Notes: a model not told the origin generated them from the sequence alone. A DNA stretch of 64,000 bases from Macrostomum lignano (GCA_002269645.1 NIVC01002353.1:1-64000), one strand, 5' to 3'. Shown: positions 23,387 to 36,487, numbered from the stretch's first letter. Numbers and translations: made by a program.

Positions 23387-26300
23387 ATGGGTTCGCTGCT
23401 GTCAACCTCTAGTTCGCCCCGCGCCCAGACCGAGCAGAGCTGGGCCACCTTTCCGCCTAAGACTGGCGTACTGTTTACCGGGCATTTCTACCTTGGCGGC
23501 GACAAATTCGAATCAGTTGCCCGCGAGTCCTTCATCTTCGGCGAGCCGGCCGACCTGCAGTTCGTCAACAGCCAGCCGCTGCCCTACCAGCTGCCAGTTG
23601 GCCGACCCGCCGGGCACAGCCGGCCGCTGCAGGCGGTCGTCAGTCTGCGCAAAGAGACGGCGCGGTTCGTCAAGGCCGATTCCGGCGCGGAGCCGCTGCC
23701 ACATCAGTCCTTTCACGTGGAGCTGGTGCTGGACTGTCTGGTGGACTGCGAGGTCTCCGTCTGGCTGTTTGTCCGCCAGTCCTTCAACGGCCAGCGGCTG
23801 GTTCTGGAGGCGCAGCATCCGTTGTACCCGGGGCCCGAGCGGCAACGCTTCTCCCGAGGCCTCGGCTGGGTGAGCGGCTCTGTGATAGAGCTTGGGGATG
23901 TGGTGACACTGATTAATGTACTTTAGGTTAAAGGGGTGGGGTGTGAGGAGTTTGGAGGAAGATGGAGTCTTGGAGAGGAAATTGAGACTACAAAAGGGAG
24001 ATGGAGTCTGGGAGATGCAGTTCGGTAGTGATGAGTCGAACCCCCGCTCGCACCCGTAGGTGTTTTCCTGCACCGAGCTCACCCTGCGGCCTACCGTATT
24101 CGACGACGCGTCGGACAGCTGCCAGGACGCCTTCCCTCTCGCGGTGCTGTGCGAGTCGCTGGAGTCCGGCCCCGCCAACCAGCAGCTGCTGCTGTGCTCG
24201 GCAGAGCGGCTGGCTGCCGACTCCGCCTACTCGCTGAAGGTGCTCAAGCAAATCACGGTACGTACCGGCTTGCTTAGACTGCAATTTTAGGCTGGCCTTA
24301 TTTTTACCTCCGCATCCGGTGACGCCCTCCAGGTGATCCCTGTCAACATCATCATCCAGCCATGCTATCCAGGTGTCTCCTGTCTACCTGATCATCCAGC
24401 CATGCTATCCAGGTGTCCCCTGTCTACCTGATCATCCCGCCATGCTATCCAGGTGTCCCCTGTCTACCTGATCATCCAGCCATGCTATCCAGGTGTCCCC
24501 TGTCTACCTGATCATCCAGCCATGCTATCCAGGTGTCCCCTGTCTACCTGATCATCCCGCCATGCTATCCAGGTGTCCCCTGTCTACCTGATCATCCCGC
24601 CATGCTATCCAGGTGTCCCCTGTCTATCTGATCATCCCGCCATGCTATCCAGGTGTCCCCTGTCTATCTGATCATCCAGCCATGCTATCCAAGTGTCCCC
24701 TGTCTACCTGATCATCCCACCATGCTATCCAGGTGTCCCCTGTCCACATCACCCAGCCATGCTATCCAGGTGTCCCCTGTCTACTTAGCTTATCTGTTTT
24801 ATGCAAAAATGCCAAGCACTTTCTAGGCCAGCCTCATTCCAGCGAGTATTGCCCAGATTGGATCGTGAAGTTTTGAAACTCCATAATTTTTCTGTGCATG
24901 CAATGCTTGCCCTGGGGCCAACGCACTTTGGCCCCCAATTTGCATGCTAATTACCGTCTGCCTGCCCCGAGAACGCCTTGAAATACTGGGCGGCCCAATT
25001 GTCATTTTGTGCATCAAGTTTTTCGGACATGTGAAGTAGACTGGGGGCTTTAGTTAATACCCAGATACCGTCTGTACCCCACTCGGCAGGTAATCGACGG
25101 CCTGCCGCTTGTCGTTCACGACATTTACGGCATCTCCGACCGCGAGGGTGGCGGCAGCGGCTCGCAGGCCGCCGCTCCGGCCGCTGCCGACTCACTGATG
25201 GATCCGGGCGATGCGGACTGCGTTGTGTGTATGGTGAAGGCCAGGGACACCGTCATCCTGCCCTGCCGCCACCTCTGTCTGTGCGACAGCTGTGCCGACT
25301 CGCTGAGGTGAGAGTTCGGGTAGACTGTGTGCAGTGTGGAGTAGGTTTGGGTAGGCTGTGTGCAGTGTGGAGTAGGTTAGGGTAGGCTGTGTGCAGTGTG
25401 GAGTAGGTTAGGGTAGGCTGTGTGCAGAGTAGAGTAGGTTTGGGTAGGCTGTGTGCAGAGTAGAGTAGGTTAGGGTAGGCTGTGTGCAGTGTGGAGTAGG
25501 TTAGGGTAGGCTGTGTGCAGAGTAGAGTAGGTTAGGGTAGGCTGTGTGCAGAGTGGAGTAGGTTAGGGTAGGCTGTGTGCAGTGTGGAGTAGGTTAGGGT
25601 AGGCTGTGTGCAGAGTGGAGTAGGTTAAGGTAGGCTGTGTGGAGTTGAGTAGATTAGGGTAGACTCTGCAAAGTGCAGTAGGTTTGGGTATGCATGCAGA
25701 GTGGAGTAGGTTAGGGTAGGCTGTGTGCAGTGTGGAGTAGGTTAGGGTCGGCTGTGTGCAGAGTAGAGTAGGTTAGGGTAGGCTGTGTGCAGAGTAGAGT
25801 AGGTTTGGGTAGGCTGTGTGCAGAGTAGAGTAGGTTAGGGTAGGCTGTGTGCAGAGTGGAGTAGGTTAGGGTAGGCTGTGTGCAGAGTAGAGTAGGTTAG
25901 GGTAGGCTGTGTGCAGAGTGGAGTAGGTTAGGGTAGGCTGTGTGCAGTGTGGAGTAGGTTAGGGTAGGCTGTGTGCAGTGTGGAGTAGGTTTGGGTAGGC
26001 TGTGTGCAGAGTAGAGTAGGTTTGGGTAGGCTGTGTGCAGAGTGGAGTAGGTTTGGGTAGGCTGTGTGCAGAGTGGAGTAGGTTAAGGTAGGCTGTGTGG
26101 AGTTGAGTAGATTAGGGTAGACTCTGCAAAGTGCAGTAGGTTTGGGTATGCATGCAGAGTGGAGTAGACTGGGTGCACTGTTCCCAGGGGGAGTCCGCAA
26201 GCGAAGGTCTCTGCCCTCCCCCCCCCCAGGTACCAGGCCAGCTGCTGTCCGATCTGCCGAGCGCCGTTCCGCGCGCTGCTGCAGCTGACGGTGCAGGCCG

Positions 26301-26899
26301 GCGGCGGCGCCGACCAGGCCGCGGTGCCCATACTGGAATTCGTGACCGCCCAGCGCCAGCCGGAGTCCTCGGCCTCGGTTTCCGCCGGGGCGTCGTCGTC
26401 GTCGACCTCCGGTGCGCAGGCGGCGTCGGCGCGGCGGCCTGCGACCGCCCAGCAGGCCTGGGCCTCGCCAGACAAGCAGGCCGCCCAGCCGCCGCAGCTG
26501 CCGGCCGCTCGGCGGGACAGCGACAGCAGCAACAGCAGCGGCGAGGTCGACGACCGGCACTGCTGGGCGGACTCCGAGTCGGATGAGCCGTCCGCCGCAG
26601 CCGCCGACGCGGCAACCGCGGACCCCGGAGACTCGGCGGTCATCGCCTTCCCCATGGCCGAACTGGACCGTAGCGCCGCCGCTGCCGCCACCGCCGGGCT
26701 GCTGCTGGTTGACGGCGACGCGGATCGGGGCTCGAGCTCTTGCTGCTCGTCGACGGAAAGCGCCAACAGCCAGCGGCAGCTGCTGGCAGCCGCGGCAGCC
26801 CCGGGCGAGCCGGCGGCCGACTCCGGCAGCGCAGGCTCCGCCATCATCATCGCCGGCCGCGGGGGCGATGATGAGTCGGACGAGTCGGACTTCAGCTGA
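23387..26899 (+). CDS. MGRN1: E3 ubiquitin ligase MGRN1/RNF157 family; exons 23387-23869, 24060-24257, 25090-25307, 26230-26899 (522 aa)
   Basis: Myristoylation-type start MGSLLS, YFxxHFxLGG-like FTGHFYLGGDKFE, FIFGEPADL, LKVLKQIT|VIDGLPLVVHDIYGI and C3HC4 RING CVVCMVKARDTVILPCRHLCLCDSCADSLR|YQASCCPICRAPF. All introns are GT-AG and the frame is preserved. Confidence 0.9.
24335..24782. repeat. 40-bp minisatellite in MGRN1 intron 2 (catgctatccaggtgtcccctgtctacctgatcatccagc)n
   Basis: Direct tandem repeat. Confidence 0.95.
25313..26165. repeat. 31-bp minisatellite in MGRN1 intron 3 (gtaggttagggtaggctgtgtgcagagtgga)n
   Basis: Direct tandem repeat starting immediately after the donor at 25308. 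Confidence 0.95.
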
Positions 26900-27476
26900 G
26901 CTGCTGGAGTCCTGAGAGCGCTGCCTCAGTGGCTCGGATTGGACCATGAGTTCTCTTGAAGACGGCCAGACTGCCTTCAATCAACTGGCGCTAATTTATA
27001 AGGCCATTCCTCTGCTTCACCTGTGCTAATTCTTTGCTTATTGCAGAGCCTTCACAGTGTGCTAATCTTTCATTCTCAATAGATGCTAGTCATAGAATAT
27101 GCTGAGGTCACTGTATCCACTGTCAAGGCTGGACAAACTCAAATTCTGTCGGGTGTTAATATTTTATCGTACAAAATTGCTGCTTTAATTGCGCTTGCCG
27201 CGGTTTTGTAATCAAATCATGCTTTTCTACGCTCGTATCAATGACCTCTAAGCTGTTTTGATTATTACTAAAATTCTGCTAATCCCAGAAAATAAATTGT
27301 GGAAAATAAATATTATTTTTAGTAGAAGATTCAGACGCATGTTTAATCAATGCACTGTGCACATAAAAAAAATTAGCGTTGCATGTCACCTCTCTTGTCA
27401 ATTTAATTGTTCCGATGGACGATTGCGTCCTAGCCATGAGTATCAAAGTATCGAAGACCTGCGCCAGGTGTCATTA

Positions 27477-28809
27477 TACGGGGGGTGTTCAATATATTTC
27501 CGGACTGCAGTGAACACACTCGGTTGATATGTGATGAATAACATAACACGGTGCCTGTTGTTAGCTTGCACAAAAAAACATAGAGGCTTCACTGCATACC
27601 CAGACATCACAATTTCGTTTCAAAGCCACTAACTGGCTTGCTGAATTTCTTCGAGGACGAGCGTCGCTTGAAGACCGAAAGTCGAGCTGGAAGGCCATAA
27701 AGCTCGATAACTGATGCAAACGTGACTGAAGCGCAGACAGGGGCGTTGCAATGGATTTTATGGTGAGGTGGGACCAAGCCAACAATTCATGTACATGTAC
27801 ATTACTAAATTCCTACCTGTGCATTTTTTTTATAGAATCGGTCAAGGACTTCTAGTCTTCTAGACTTCTAGTCTTGGAATCGGTGTTGTCAGCACTAAAT
27901 TTAGCGCCCCGGGCACTCATTTTGGCGCTGCAGGCCCTCATTTTAGCGCCGCAGGCACTCATTTTGGCGCTGCAGGCCCTCTTTTTAGCGCCGCACGCGT
28001 TATGTTTTGTCACCCTGCAGCAAAATTATTGATTTCCATAACGGGGTCACAAGGTGGGGTGGGGGGACAAAAGTAGATGTCCCCCAGATCTTTTACTGGG
28101 GGGGGGGCATGGCCTCCATGTCTCCGCCATTGTTGGCGACTGCATGATCACTAAAGATCCACGATCAACAGTGCAACAGTTGCCACTGCAGGTCGTAGAG
28201 GTCCATGCAGTAGCAGTACTCCGCTGGTGGTGTACAGTAAGCAGTATTTGTCAACTGGTATAGTGCATGCTTGCAGATGTACGTATGTGATGGTTGTGCT
28301 CCTCGGGTGATGCCAAAGCTGCTGCTGAGAGATGCCCAGAGACGCGACATCGAGGAGATCCTACTCTACCAGCAGGACAATGCCCCGGCCCACACAGCTC
28401 CTCTCGATCGATCAGCTTGCTTCAGCATCCGATCCACCTTGCAGCCTTAACCTGGCCCGTGTGATTTCTTTTAATTGTCTTTCCGCGGGCCAAACGTCTG
28501 CTCAAGGGAGTTCGATTTGAGTCGCCAGAACAAGGACCACTAGAAGTTACTGTAACTTCTATTTACTTCTAGTAGTCCTTGCGCCAGAACTGGCTGCTGG
28601 GGCCGCATTCTCCGTAGCATCCTGTTTGACATCTCGCCTCAGTCAGAGTGGGGTAGCGGCTTTTCTATGTGGTTTGAGAGGATGAGGAAGCGCATCAATG
28701 CAGCTGGGTATTACTTAGAAAGTGCTGACATTTATTTTTTCATTTAACATTTATTTAACTGTTTCTGTGTTCCCGGAAATACATGTGTATTGAACACTCG
28801 TCGACAGTA
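27477..28809 (+). mobile_element. Decayed mariner (Tc1/mariner) transposon, interrupted by MITE-like fragments at about 27800-28300
   Basis: Left TIR tacggggggtgttcaatatatttccgg and right TIR ccggaaatacatgtgtattgaacac. Relic motifs FLRGRASLED..RAGRP*SSITDANV, LLYQQDNAPAHTA, CDFF..FPRAKRLLKGVRFES and WFERMRKRINAAGYY. Confidence 0.75.
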
Positions 28810-29105
28810 TGCAAACTGTCGTTTAAAAGAAGGCCCACATTTTTTATTCATTTTCGTGTTTTATTTTCAAACTTACTGACTACACAGTTAAGTCAAAATA
28901 CAATTCGTAGAGAAGTGATACTCAGTCTTATTAAATGAGTTTGTTAAATCGAGTTGACACAACCGTACTAATTCAGACGATAATTTTCCATAAAGTGTTT
29001 ACAAATCGCCCGATATTATACATTTAATTCCTCGACTCTGACGGTCATCTAGTTCGAAAGATTGTTATATTTGCGTAAAGCGGACTTATTTTAGTTCTGT
29101 TGATC

Positions 29106-32100
29106 ATGCAACATACAAAGTGTTTGTACTATATTTTACTCTCTGCTGCTCTACTGCAATTTGAATCAGCATATTGTAAGTCAGCGTGCCATAACAGTTA
29201 GTTTGAATTTTTATCCATAGGCCTACTGTAATATTTTAACATAAATCGTCAAATTTAAATAGCTTTTTATTTATTTTAATGTTACAAAAATATTTAATGT
29301 ATTTTTATTGACTTCAAATGCTTTATGGCTTTAAATTAATAAAAAGATACTTTTTTACTTTGCATTTTTAAAGGCTCAAAATATAGGCTTGTTAATTTAA
29401 GAGTCTATCCAATACTATTGTAGTTAATATTTAGTAAATATTTTTATTTATAATTCTTTCAGTGGTGAATTCAAGATTCACTGCTGAAGTAACCCTTTTA
29501 TAAAATATTCAAATAATTTTAGACTGGGTTTTTAGACTATATGGGATTTTTTGGCCCCTTGAAAATCTCATTGGAAACTGGATTTTTGGTATCATAGGCC
29601 AATTTGGCAACTTCATTTTCCCCATGCCAGTTGCCAATTTCAAAAAATGATTTTGTAAATGTAATAAAAGTGCCATATGAATTGATATGATAGAATTGTT
29701 ATCTTGTTATTGTTTGTAGCATAGATAGCAATTTTAGAGTTGAAAGAACAAATTTCTACTTTTCAAGCATAGCCTTGGAAATACCCATCCTTGAGAATTT
29801 GGCTAGTTGCCAATGGGCAATAGAAAATAGCTATTGGTAACTGGATTTTGAGCCTCAAAGTCAATGGCTAATTGGCAACTGGATTTCCAACCTTAAAAAC
29901 CAGGTTTTAGACCAATAATGCAATATAACAGTTTTGGTTACTTTTGTCATAGACTCATAATATTATACATGTGTAACTGCTTGCCAACTTGGCCAATTTG
30001 GCTATTGTAAATTATGGTAGACCAGGGGTAAGTTGCAAAAATATATACCAAAAATATAGATATAGTACAAATTAAATATTGAGGCATTTAGCCTTATTAT
30101 GACAGTCATAAATACTCTTGCTGTTTTCTTAAAAGTTTGTTAATTTTCACTTTAGTGTTTCTTTCACAGGTAAGTTGTATTGCCAGTGTAAATCAAGGGG
30201 ATTGTGCATATATACATAGTATTATTTATTGATTCTTGCTTTTTTTCAATTAAACAAATGGTATTTATATTTACTTGCTAAAACCAAAAATTAAAACAAT
30301 TTTAAATAGGCTTTCAAGTATTTTAGATCTAAATATTCTCTATAGAGCCTGTCATTGACTATCAACCAATGGGTCAAGGGGTCACCTACTGATTTCTATG
30401 TTGCTGGCATCGAAAAGTTGCCTGAGAAGTAACACAAGTGTATAAGTCTCACGGATGCCTACAATGAAGAGGAGGAAGACTTGCATTATATTTGTTCAAT
30501 CTGTTAATCTGTTAAATATGTTTGATCATAGACTTTCTGAATAACCCTCATATTTATGTAAAATATTTGAAATAACACTAACCATACAACTTAGTTTGAC
30601 TAGGATTAAAATGCAATTTAGTTTTGCAACCTACCCAAAAACAGCAAATTTCACTTGGTATACCACAATTTACACTGCCAGGTTAGCTAGCAGTAGTACA
30701 TATATATAGGACAAAAGAATAGATAATAGGGTCACAATATTATAGAATTAATTCTCTTATATTAAGACTATCATATTTATTTTGTATAAAAAAACTTTGA
30801 TACAAAAAACTACTGCAAGTAACTTATTGTGTTGAAACTGAAAGCAGATATGAGTACTCTATAATTTATCATACTAGCCACAACAGCAGATTTCAATATA
30901 TTTATAGTAGATTCACACATTAAGTAGGAGTCAAAAGTTGAACAATGCTATAACTGGGGCTGTGGAGCCAAACAGAAAGATTATCCTATAGCCAGCAGAC
31001 CATGTAATGCCTAAAGTTAAGCACATATTTAAAGTACATAACGTCCTTTAAAATGATACTCCACCTCAACCTGACTGCCAGGCTCCCTGTACGACTTTGT
31101 CACCTGCGGCTCTGTGGTGAAGCTGCTCAACATGGACCACAGCGTCCGGCTGCACTCGCACGAAGTGAAGTACGGCTCTGGCTCCGGCCAGCAGTCTGTG
31201 ACTGGCGTGGAGTCCAGCGGGGACAGCAACTCCTACTGGAGGGTCCGCGCCCGCACCGGGGTTGACTGCACCCGCGGCTACCCCGTCAAGTGCGGCAGTA
31301 CCCTGCGCCTCACCCACGTGGCCACCGGCCGCAACCTGCATAGCCACGTGTACAGCTCGCCTATCACCAACCTGCAGGAGGTGAGCGACTGCCTGCTGTC
31401 AGCACCCTCATCTAACTGCTGTCAGCACCTTCATCTAACTGCTGTCAGCACCTTCATCTAACTGCTGTCAGCACCCTCATCTAACTGCTGTCAGCACCCT
31501 CATCTAACTGCTGTCAGCACCCTCATCTAACTAACTGTCAGCACCATCATCTAACTGCTGTCAGCACCCTCATCTAACTGCTGTCAGCACCCTCATCTAA
31601 CTGCTGTCAGCACCCTCATCTAACTGCTGTCAGCACCCTCATCTAACTGCTGTCAGCACCCTCATCTAACTGCTGTCAGCACCCTCATCTAACTGCTGTC
31701 AGCACCCTCATCTAACTGCTGTCAGCACCCTCATCTAACTGCTGTCATCACCCTCATTTATCAGATCAGGCACTGAGCATCCCCCACCTCTCCCACCCGC
31801 ATGCATTTCAGGTCTCCGCCTACGGTGAAAACGGCGAAGGCGACCTCGGCGACGACTGGAAGCTGCTGTGCGACAGCGGCGACTCTGCCGACGGCGGCCT
31901 GTGGCGCCGGGACGGCCGAGTGCGCCTGCGGCACGCGGTCACGGAGCAGTACCTGCACGTGGCCGGCCAGCGCTTCGGCCGCCCCATCGCCGGCCAGGCG
32001 GAGGTCAGCGCCGTTGTCTCGCCGCGGCCCGGCAGCCACTGGACGGTGGCCGAGGGCATCTTCGTCAAGCCGAACGAGTCGCCCGCCGGAGCGGCGGCCA

Positions 32101-32141
32101 GCAGCGCCCAGAGCGGCTCGCACGACTCCAGCGAGCTGTGA
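29106..32141 (+). CDS. SDF2: Stromal cell-derived factor 2 family (SDF2/SDF2L1, MIR domains); exons 29106-29175, 31082-31380, 31812-32141 (232 aa)
   Basis: Signal peptide MQHTKCLYYILLSAALLQFESAY followed by a t|gtaagt donor. FVTCGSVVKLLN, RLHSHEVKYGSGSGQQSVTG, NLHSH, QE|VSAYGENGEGD and C-terminus HDSSEL*. Splice phases are consistent. Confidence 0.9.
31393..31758. repeat. 23-bp minisatellite in SDF2 intron 2 (ctgctgtcagcaccctcatctaa)n
   Basis: Direct tandem repeat starting 12 nt after the donor. Confidence 0.95.
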
Positions 32142-32810
32142 TCCCTCGGAAAGCTCGGCAATGTCAATCATCATGCACTACTAGTTTGTCAGCAAATGCG
32201 CTGCGTTGCTCCCAGCGGCTGCTAGTTGGCTGTTGAATCATGTCATGCAGTTTTGATTGCAGTTCCCAGTAGGCTTACATGTTTCCCTTGTAATTTCTGC
32301 TCTGTTTTTCCTCTTTTCATTTCCCTCTGACTGATCGATAAAAATTAGTGTTATTTAATTTGCCCGCAGCGTACATTTGTGTACATTGTGCCCGTGCGTG
32401 ATTTTGCCTAGCCAAAACTTACTTCACAATTATTGTTTCCACACCCAAAGTGCCACACAGTCTGCTGTCTCGCTCGCGGCCGGCTATTTTGCTTTTGCTT
32501 GTCGATTTTCTTTTTCTACGCGGTTTCTGTCGTATCGCGACGTGGCTTCGTTTTCTCCGACATCGCAAATTTTGGCCCTCCCTGCAGCTGCTTTGATTCT
32601 GTCTGAAGCTTTGCAACCCCATCTCTAACTGCGTATTCGATTCTCAGATTCTCTGCTTCTAATAGCGACATCACAAGCAATAAAAAGCAATGATGTTGCA
32701 GAATCTGCTTTCAGCTGACTGGACTGTCAGTTTGTCTGAAAAAACGCATGCTGTCTAATCAACAGTTTCACGGTGGCTATTTTTTGCGTTCTGGTTCCTT
32801 TTTGCACTCT

Positions 32811-33798
32811 AAACTCTGCAGACAGTTGCTAGTTCTCTAGAGATGTACTTTAAACTCTGCAGACAGTTGCTAGTGCTCTAGAGATGTACTTTAAACTCTG
32901 CAGACAGTTGCTAGTGCTCTAGAGATGTACTATAAACTCTGCAGACAGTTGCTAGTGCTCTAGAGATGTACTATAAACTCTGCAGACAGTTGCTAGTGCT
33001 CTAGAGATGTACTTTAAACTCTGCAGAAAGTTGCTAGTTCTCTAGAGATGTACTTTAAACTCTGCAGACAGTTGCTAGTGCTCTAGAGATGTACTTTAAA
33101 CTCTGCAGACAGTTGCTAGTGCTCTAGAGATGTACTATAAACTCTGCAGACAGTTGCTAGTGCTCTAGAGATGTACTATAAACTCTGCAGACAGTTGCTA
33201 GTGCTCTAGAGATGTACTATAAACTCTGCAGACAGTTGCTAGTGCTCTAGAGATGTACTATAAACTCTGCAGGCAGTTGCTAGTGCTCTAGAGATGTACT
33301 ATAAACTCTGCAGACAGTTGCTAGTGCTCTAGAGATGTACTATAAACTCTGCAGGCAGTTGCTAGTGCTCTAGAGATGTACTATAAACTCTGCAGACAGT
33401 TGCTAGTGCTCTAGAGATGTACTATAAACTCTGCAGACAGTTGCTAGTGCTCTAGAGATGTACTATAAACTCTGCAGACAGTTGCTAGTGCTCTAGAGAT
33501 GTACTTTAAGCGCTGCAGTCAGTTGCTAGTGCTCTAGAGGTGTACTTTAAACTCTGCAGACAGTTGCTAGTGCTCTAGAGATGTACTTTAAGCGCTGCAG
33601 ACAGTTGCTAGGGCTCTAGAGATGTACTTTAAGCGCTGCAGACAGTTGCTAGTGCTCTAGAGATGTACTTTAAGCGCTGCAGACAGTTGCTAGGGCTCTA
33701 GAGATGTACTATAAACTCTGCAGTCAGTTGCTAGTGCTCTAGAGATGTACTTTAAACTCTGTAGACATTTGCTAGTGCTCTAGAGATGTACTTTAAAC
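32811..33798. repeat. 41-bp minisatellite (aaactctgcagacagttgctagtgctctagagatgtacttt)n
   Basis: Direct tandem repeat; intergenic or in an unmodelled UTR intron. Confidence 0.97.
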
Positions 33799-34040
33799 TA
33801 GAATGACAGAATAACCTGAGACTGTAGCGAAAATTGCAAAATTCTTTCTCACCGCGACTGTTTATTTTATAGTCTGGCCAAACCACCCGAAGGGCCTGCA
33901 ACGAGTACGAGCGTAGTTGCGGTAAGGATTAAATTGTTATTTAACTGTTGTCTTATTCGCAGTCAGTGCATTTTGTGTGTGGATTTTCGTTAAGAAACAG
34001 ATTTGCCAATTCAAACTCATAATCGCTTTTATCGGACACG

Positions 34041-36348
34041 ATGCAGTCCAGGCTCCTGACCGCGGCCTTCATCGTCCTGTCCTGTTGCTGTGCTGATGTG
34101 CTCAACCAGCCGCCGAATCTCCAGTTTGAGTCGCTGTGTAAGACGAATGGGACTATTGGGTTGGAGGTATACCGCTGTACATGTAGTGTGACTGATGCCT
34201 GTCACAGCAGCAGTTGTGTGTGACTGATGCCTGTCACAGCAGCAGTTGTGTGTGACTGATGCCTGTCACAGCAGCAGTTGTGTGTGACTGATGCCTGTCA
34301 CAGCAGCAGTTGTGTGTGACTGATGCCCGTCACTCCAGCAGCTGTGTGTGACTGATGCCTGTCACAGCAGCAGTTGTGTGTGACTGATGCCTGTCACAGA
34401 AGTAGCTGTGTGACTGATGCCTGTCACAGCAGCAGCTGTGTGACTGATGCCCGTCACTCCAGCAGCTGTGTGTGACTGATGTCTTGTCACAGAAGTAGCT
34501 GTGTGACTGATGGGACTTCTTCAAGTTTATGTTGATAAAATAGTTTCAATTTTGATAGGATCATAATTTTGTCTCTATAGATAGGGGTTTTGATGGTGCT
34601 GATTTCAAATTTGAGCTTCATTTTTAGGTAGCTTTAACCCAATTATATGTAGCTTAAAACCAACCACCGGGGCATGGGGAATGGGGGGTTTTATTATATC
34701 ATTTATATCATCATTTATATCATTATATCATTTATTATAATAGGTTGATTTTATCAACATAAACTTGAATAGAGGCATGGAGACCTATTCAAGATTGTGC
34801 TGATAAATTCCAATTCTAATAGGGGGGAGAGGTTGTAACTCCACGACACGAGAAAAGAGAGAATCCACCAAAGAGTCAACATAATTATGTCAGAAGTTGG
34901 TTGAATTCTATAACTTTATCTAAATGAGTTTGCTTACCGAAATCAAGTGCTGTTACTGCCTTAATACAATAGAATTAGTAATCTAGCCTTGTACAGTAAT
35001 TGGTTTTGAGGTGCGAAATGCTTTAAAGTTGCGAACGTTGCTTTGGCTGGGTGCAGTGAAAGTGCTAGTGCAAATATCGAGCGGGTCGTGACGTGGCAGT
35101 TTTTAAAAAATAGCGAACAGTAACGTGGCACTGTCTATGCATTATAACTAAATTGAAAAACTATTATCAGCGAACGTAAAAGACAATTGCATTTTAATTT
35201 GTAGATATTAATATTCATCTTTAATTGGCCTAATTAAGTTCTAGCACATGTGCTATTAGATTAAAAGTCTAGTGGATACACTTTCAAAAATGTATTCGTA
35301 GAAACTTTTTCTCACCGAACCTCATTAAGAGAATAGGGAATCGAATAAATCGTGATTGCATCAACCGTACAGGTAACTTTCTACACTTTTTTTGCATTTT
35401 TGTAATTTTGGGTGGGCCATAAGTCTCCAAAGCAAGTTTCAGAAAAATCTAAAAATCGGAAGTATTTTATCAACATAAACTTGAAGAAGCCCGACTGATG
35501 CCTGTCACAGCAGCAGCTGTGTGTGACTGAGGCCTGTCACAGCAACAGGTGTAACTGATGCCGGTCACTGCAGCAGCTGTGTGAATCCAAGCTCATCTCA
35601 GTGAATCCCTACCCCCCCCCCAGTGCTGTCCGAGAGCGGCTTCGTGAAGGCGCAGTCGGTGTTCTGCCTGCCGGAGAGGTTCATCCGCACGGAGCCGGCT
35701 GCCGGGCCGTACCTGGAGCTGGGCGCCAAGGAGGCCTGCGCCCGCGCCTGCTGGCACCGCCCCGACTGCCGCGGCTTCCGTCTGGGCCAGCTGCCGCCGC
35801 TCGGCGTCGTTTGCAAATTCTTCACCTTCGACAGCTGCTCGGAGGAGCTCATCGACACCGACTGCCTGTCCAACGAGGTCATCTGGCTGCGCTGGAGGCC
35901 GCGGGCGGACATGAGCCGGCAGTCGCCGCTGTGCCCCATCAGCTTCCAGAGCTACCAGCAGGGCACCGCTCGCTTCCGGCTGGTGTCCGTGGCGGGTCAG
36001 CCGGACGGCTGGCTGGCCGGCCTGCACCGCTGCCGCCACCCGGACGGCATGGTGAAGTTCGCGGACGCGGACACGGTGGAGGAGGCGACCTACCTGAAGT
36101 CGCTGCTGCAGCAAGGCCAGGTGAAGGCGGCCTACCTGAGCGGCTACTTCGGCTTCCAGGAAGGGCAGCTGCGGTGGCTGTGGCAGCCGTGCGGGGAGGC
36201 CATCACGGACTCGGTGCTGCAGTCTGGCCTCGTGACGATGTGGCACAACTTCACCGTGGTGGCCGACCAGGACTGGGACGGCAACGAAGTGAACTTTGCC
36301 ATCTGCGAGTGCACCGACCCGTTCCAGGTGCTCGCTGACGAGGCCTGA
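34041..36348 (+). CDS. Secreted PAN/apple-like plus C-type-lectin-like protein; exons 34041-34137, 35624-36348 (273 aa)
   Basis: Signal peptide MQSRLLTAAFIVLSCCCAD. The phase-1 donor t|gtaaga matches the phase-1 acceptor ccccag|tg. CARACWHRPDCRGF (PAN-like) and CP..F, W..G..RC, WLW, AICEC (CTL-like). Strong GC3 bias. Confidence 0.72.
34186..35582. repeat. 30-32-bp minisatellite (gtgtgactgatgcctgtcacagcagcagtt)n split by a MITE (34186-34512 and 35493-35582)
   Basis: The same unit resumes after the insertion. Confidence 0.9.
34513..35492. mobile_element. Composite MITE with about 30-bp TIRs and 8-bp target duplication
   Basis: Left end ggacttcttcaagtttatgttgataaaata, right end tattttatcaacataaacttgaagaagccc. 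gactgatg flanks both ends (34505-34512 and 35493-35500). Confidence 0.8.
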
Positions 36349-36487
36349 CAGCCTGCCGCAGGCGTGACTGGCTGTTGGTGGCGATCTATCAATACTCGAA
36401 CTGCTGCTGGCGTTTCAAATGTTATTAATAACTGGAAAACTCTGATGATTTTCCTCCGTTTGTTTCGTCTTTGATAATCTACTGGGG

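Noticed and set aside
16551-32141. Functional cluster of ER/proteostasis genes (ASNA1, MGRN1, SDF2)
   Set aside because: Only three co-oriented genes separated by 2-6 kb of repeats and TEs; no evidence of an operon from sequence alone.
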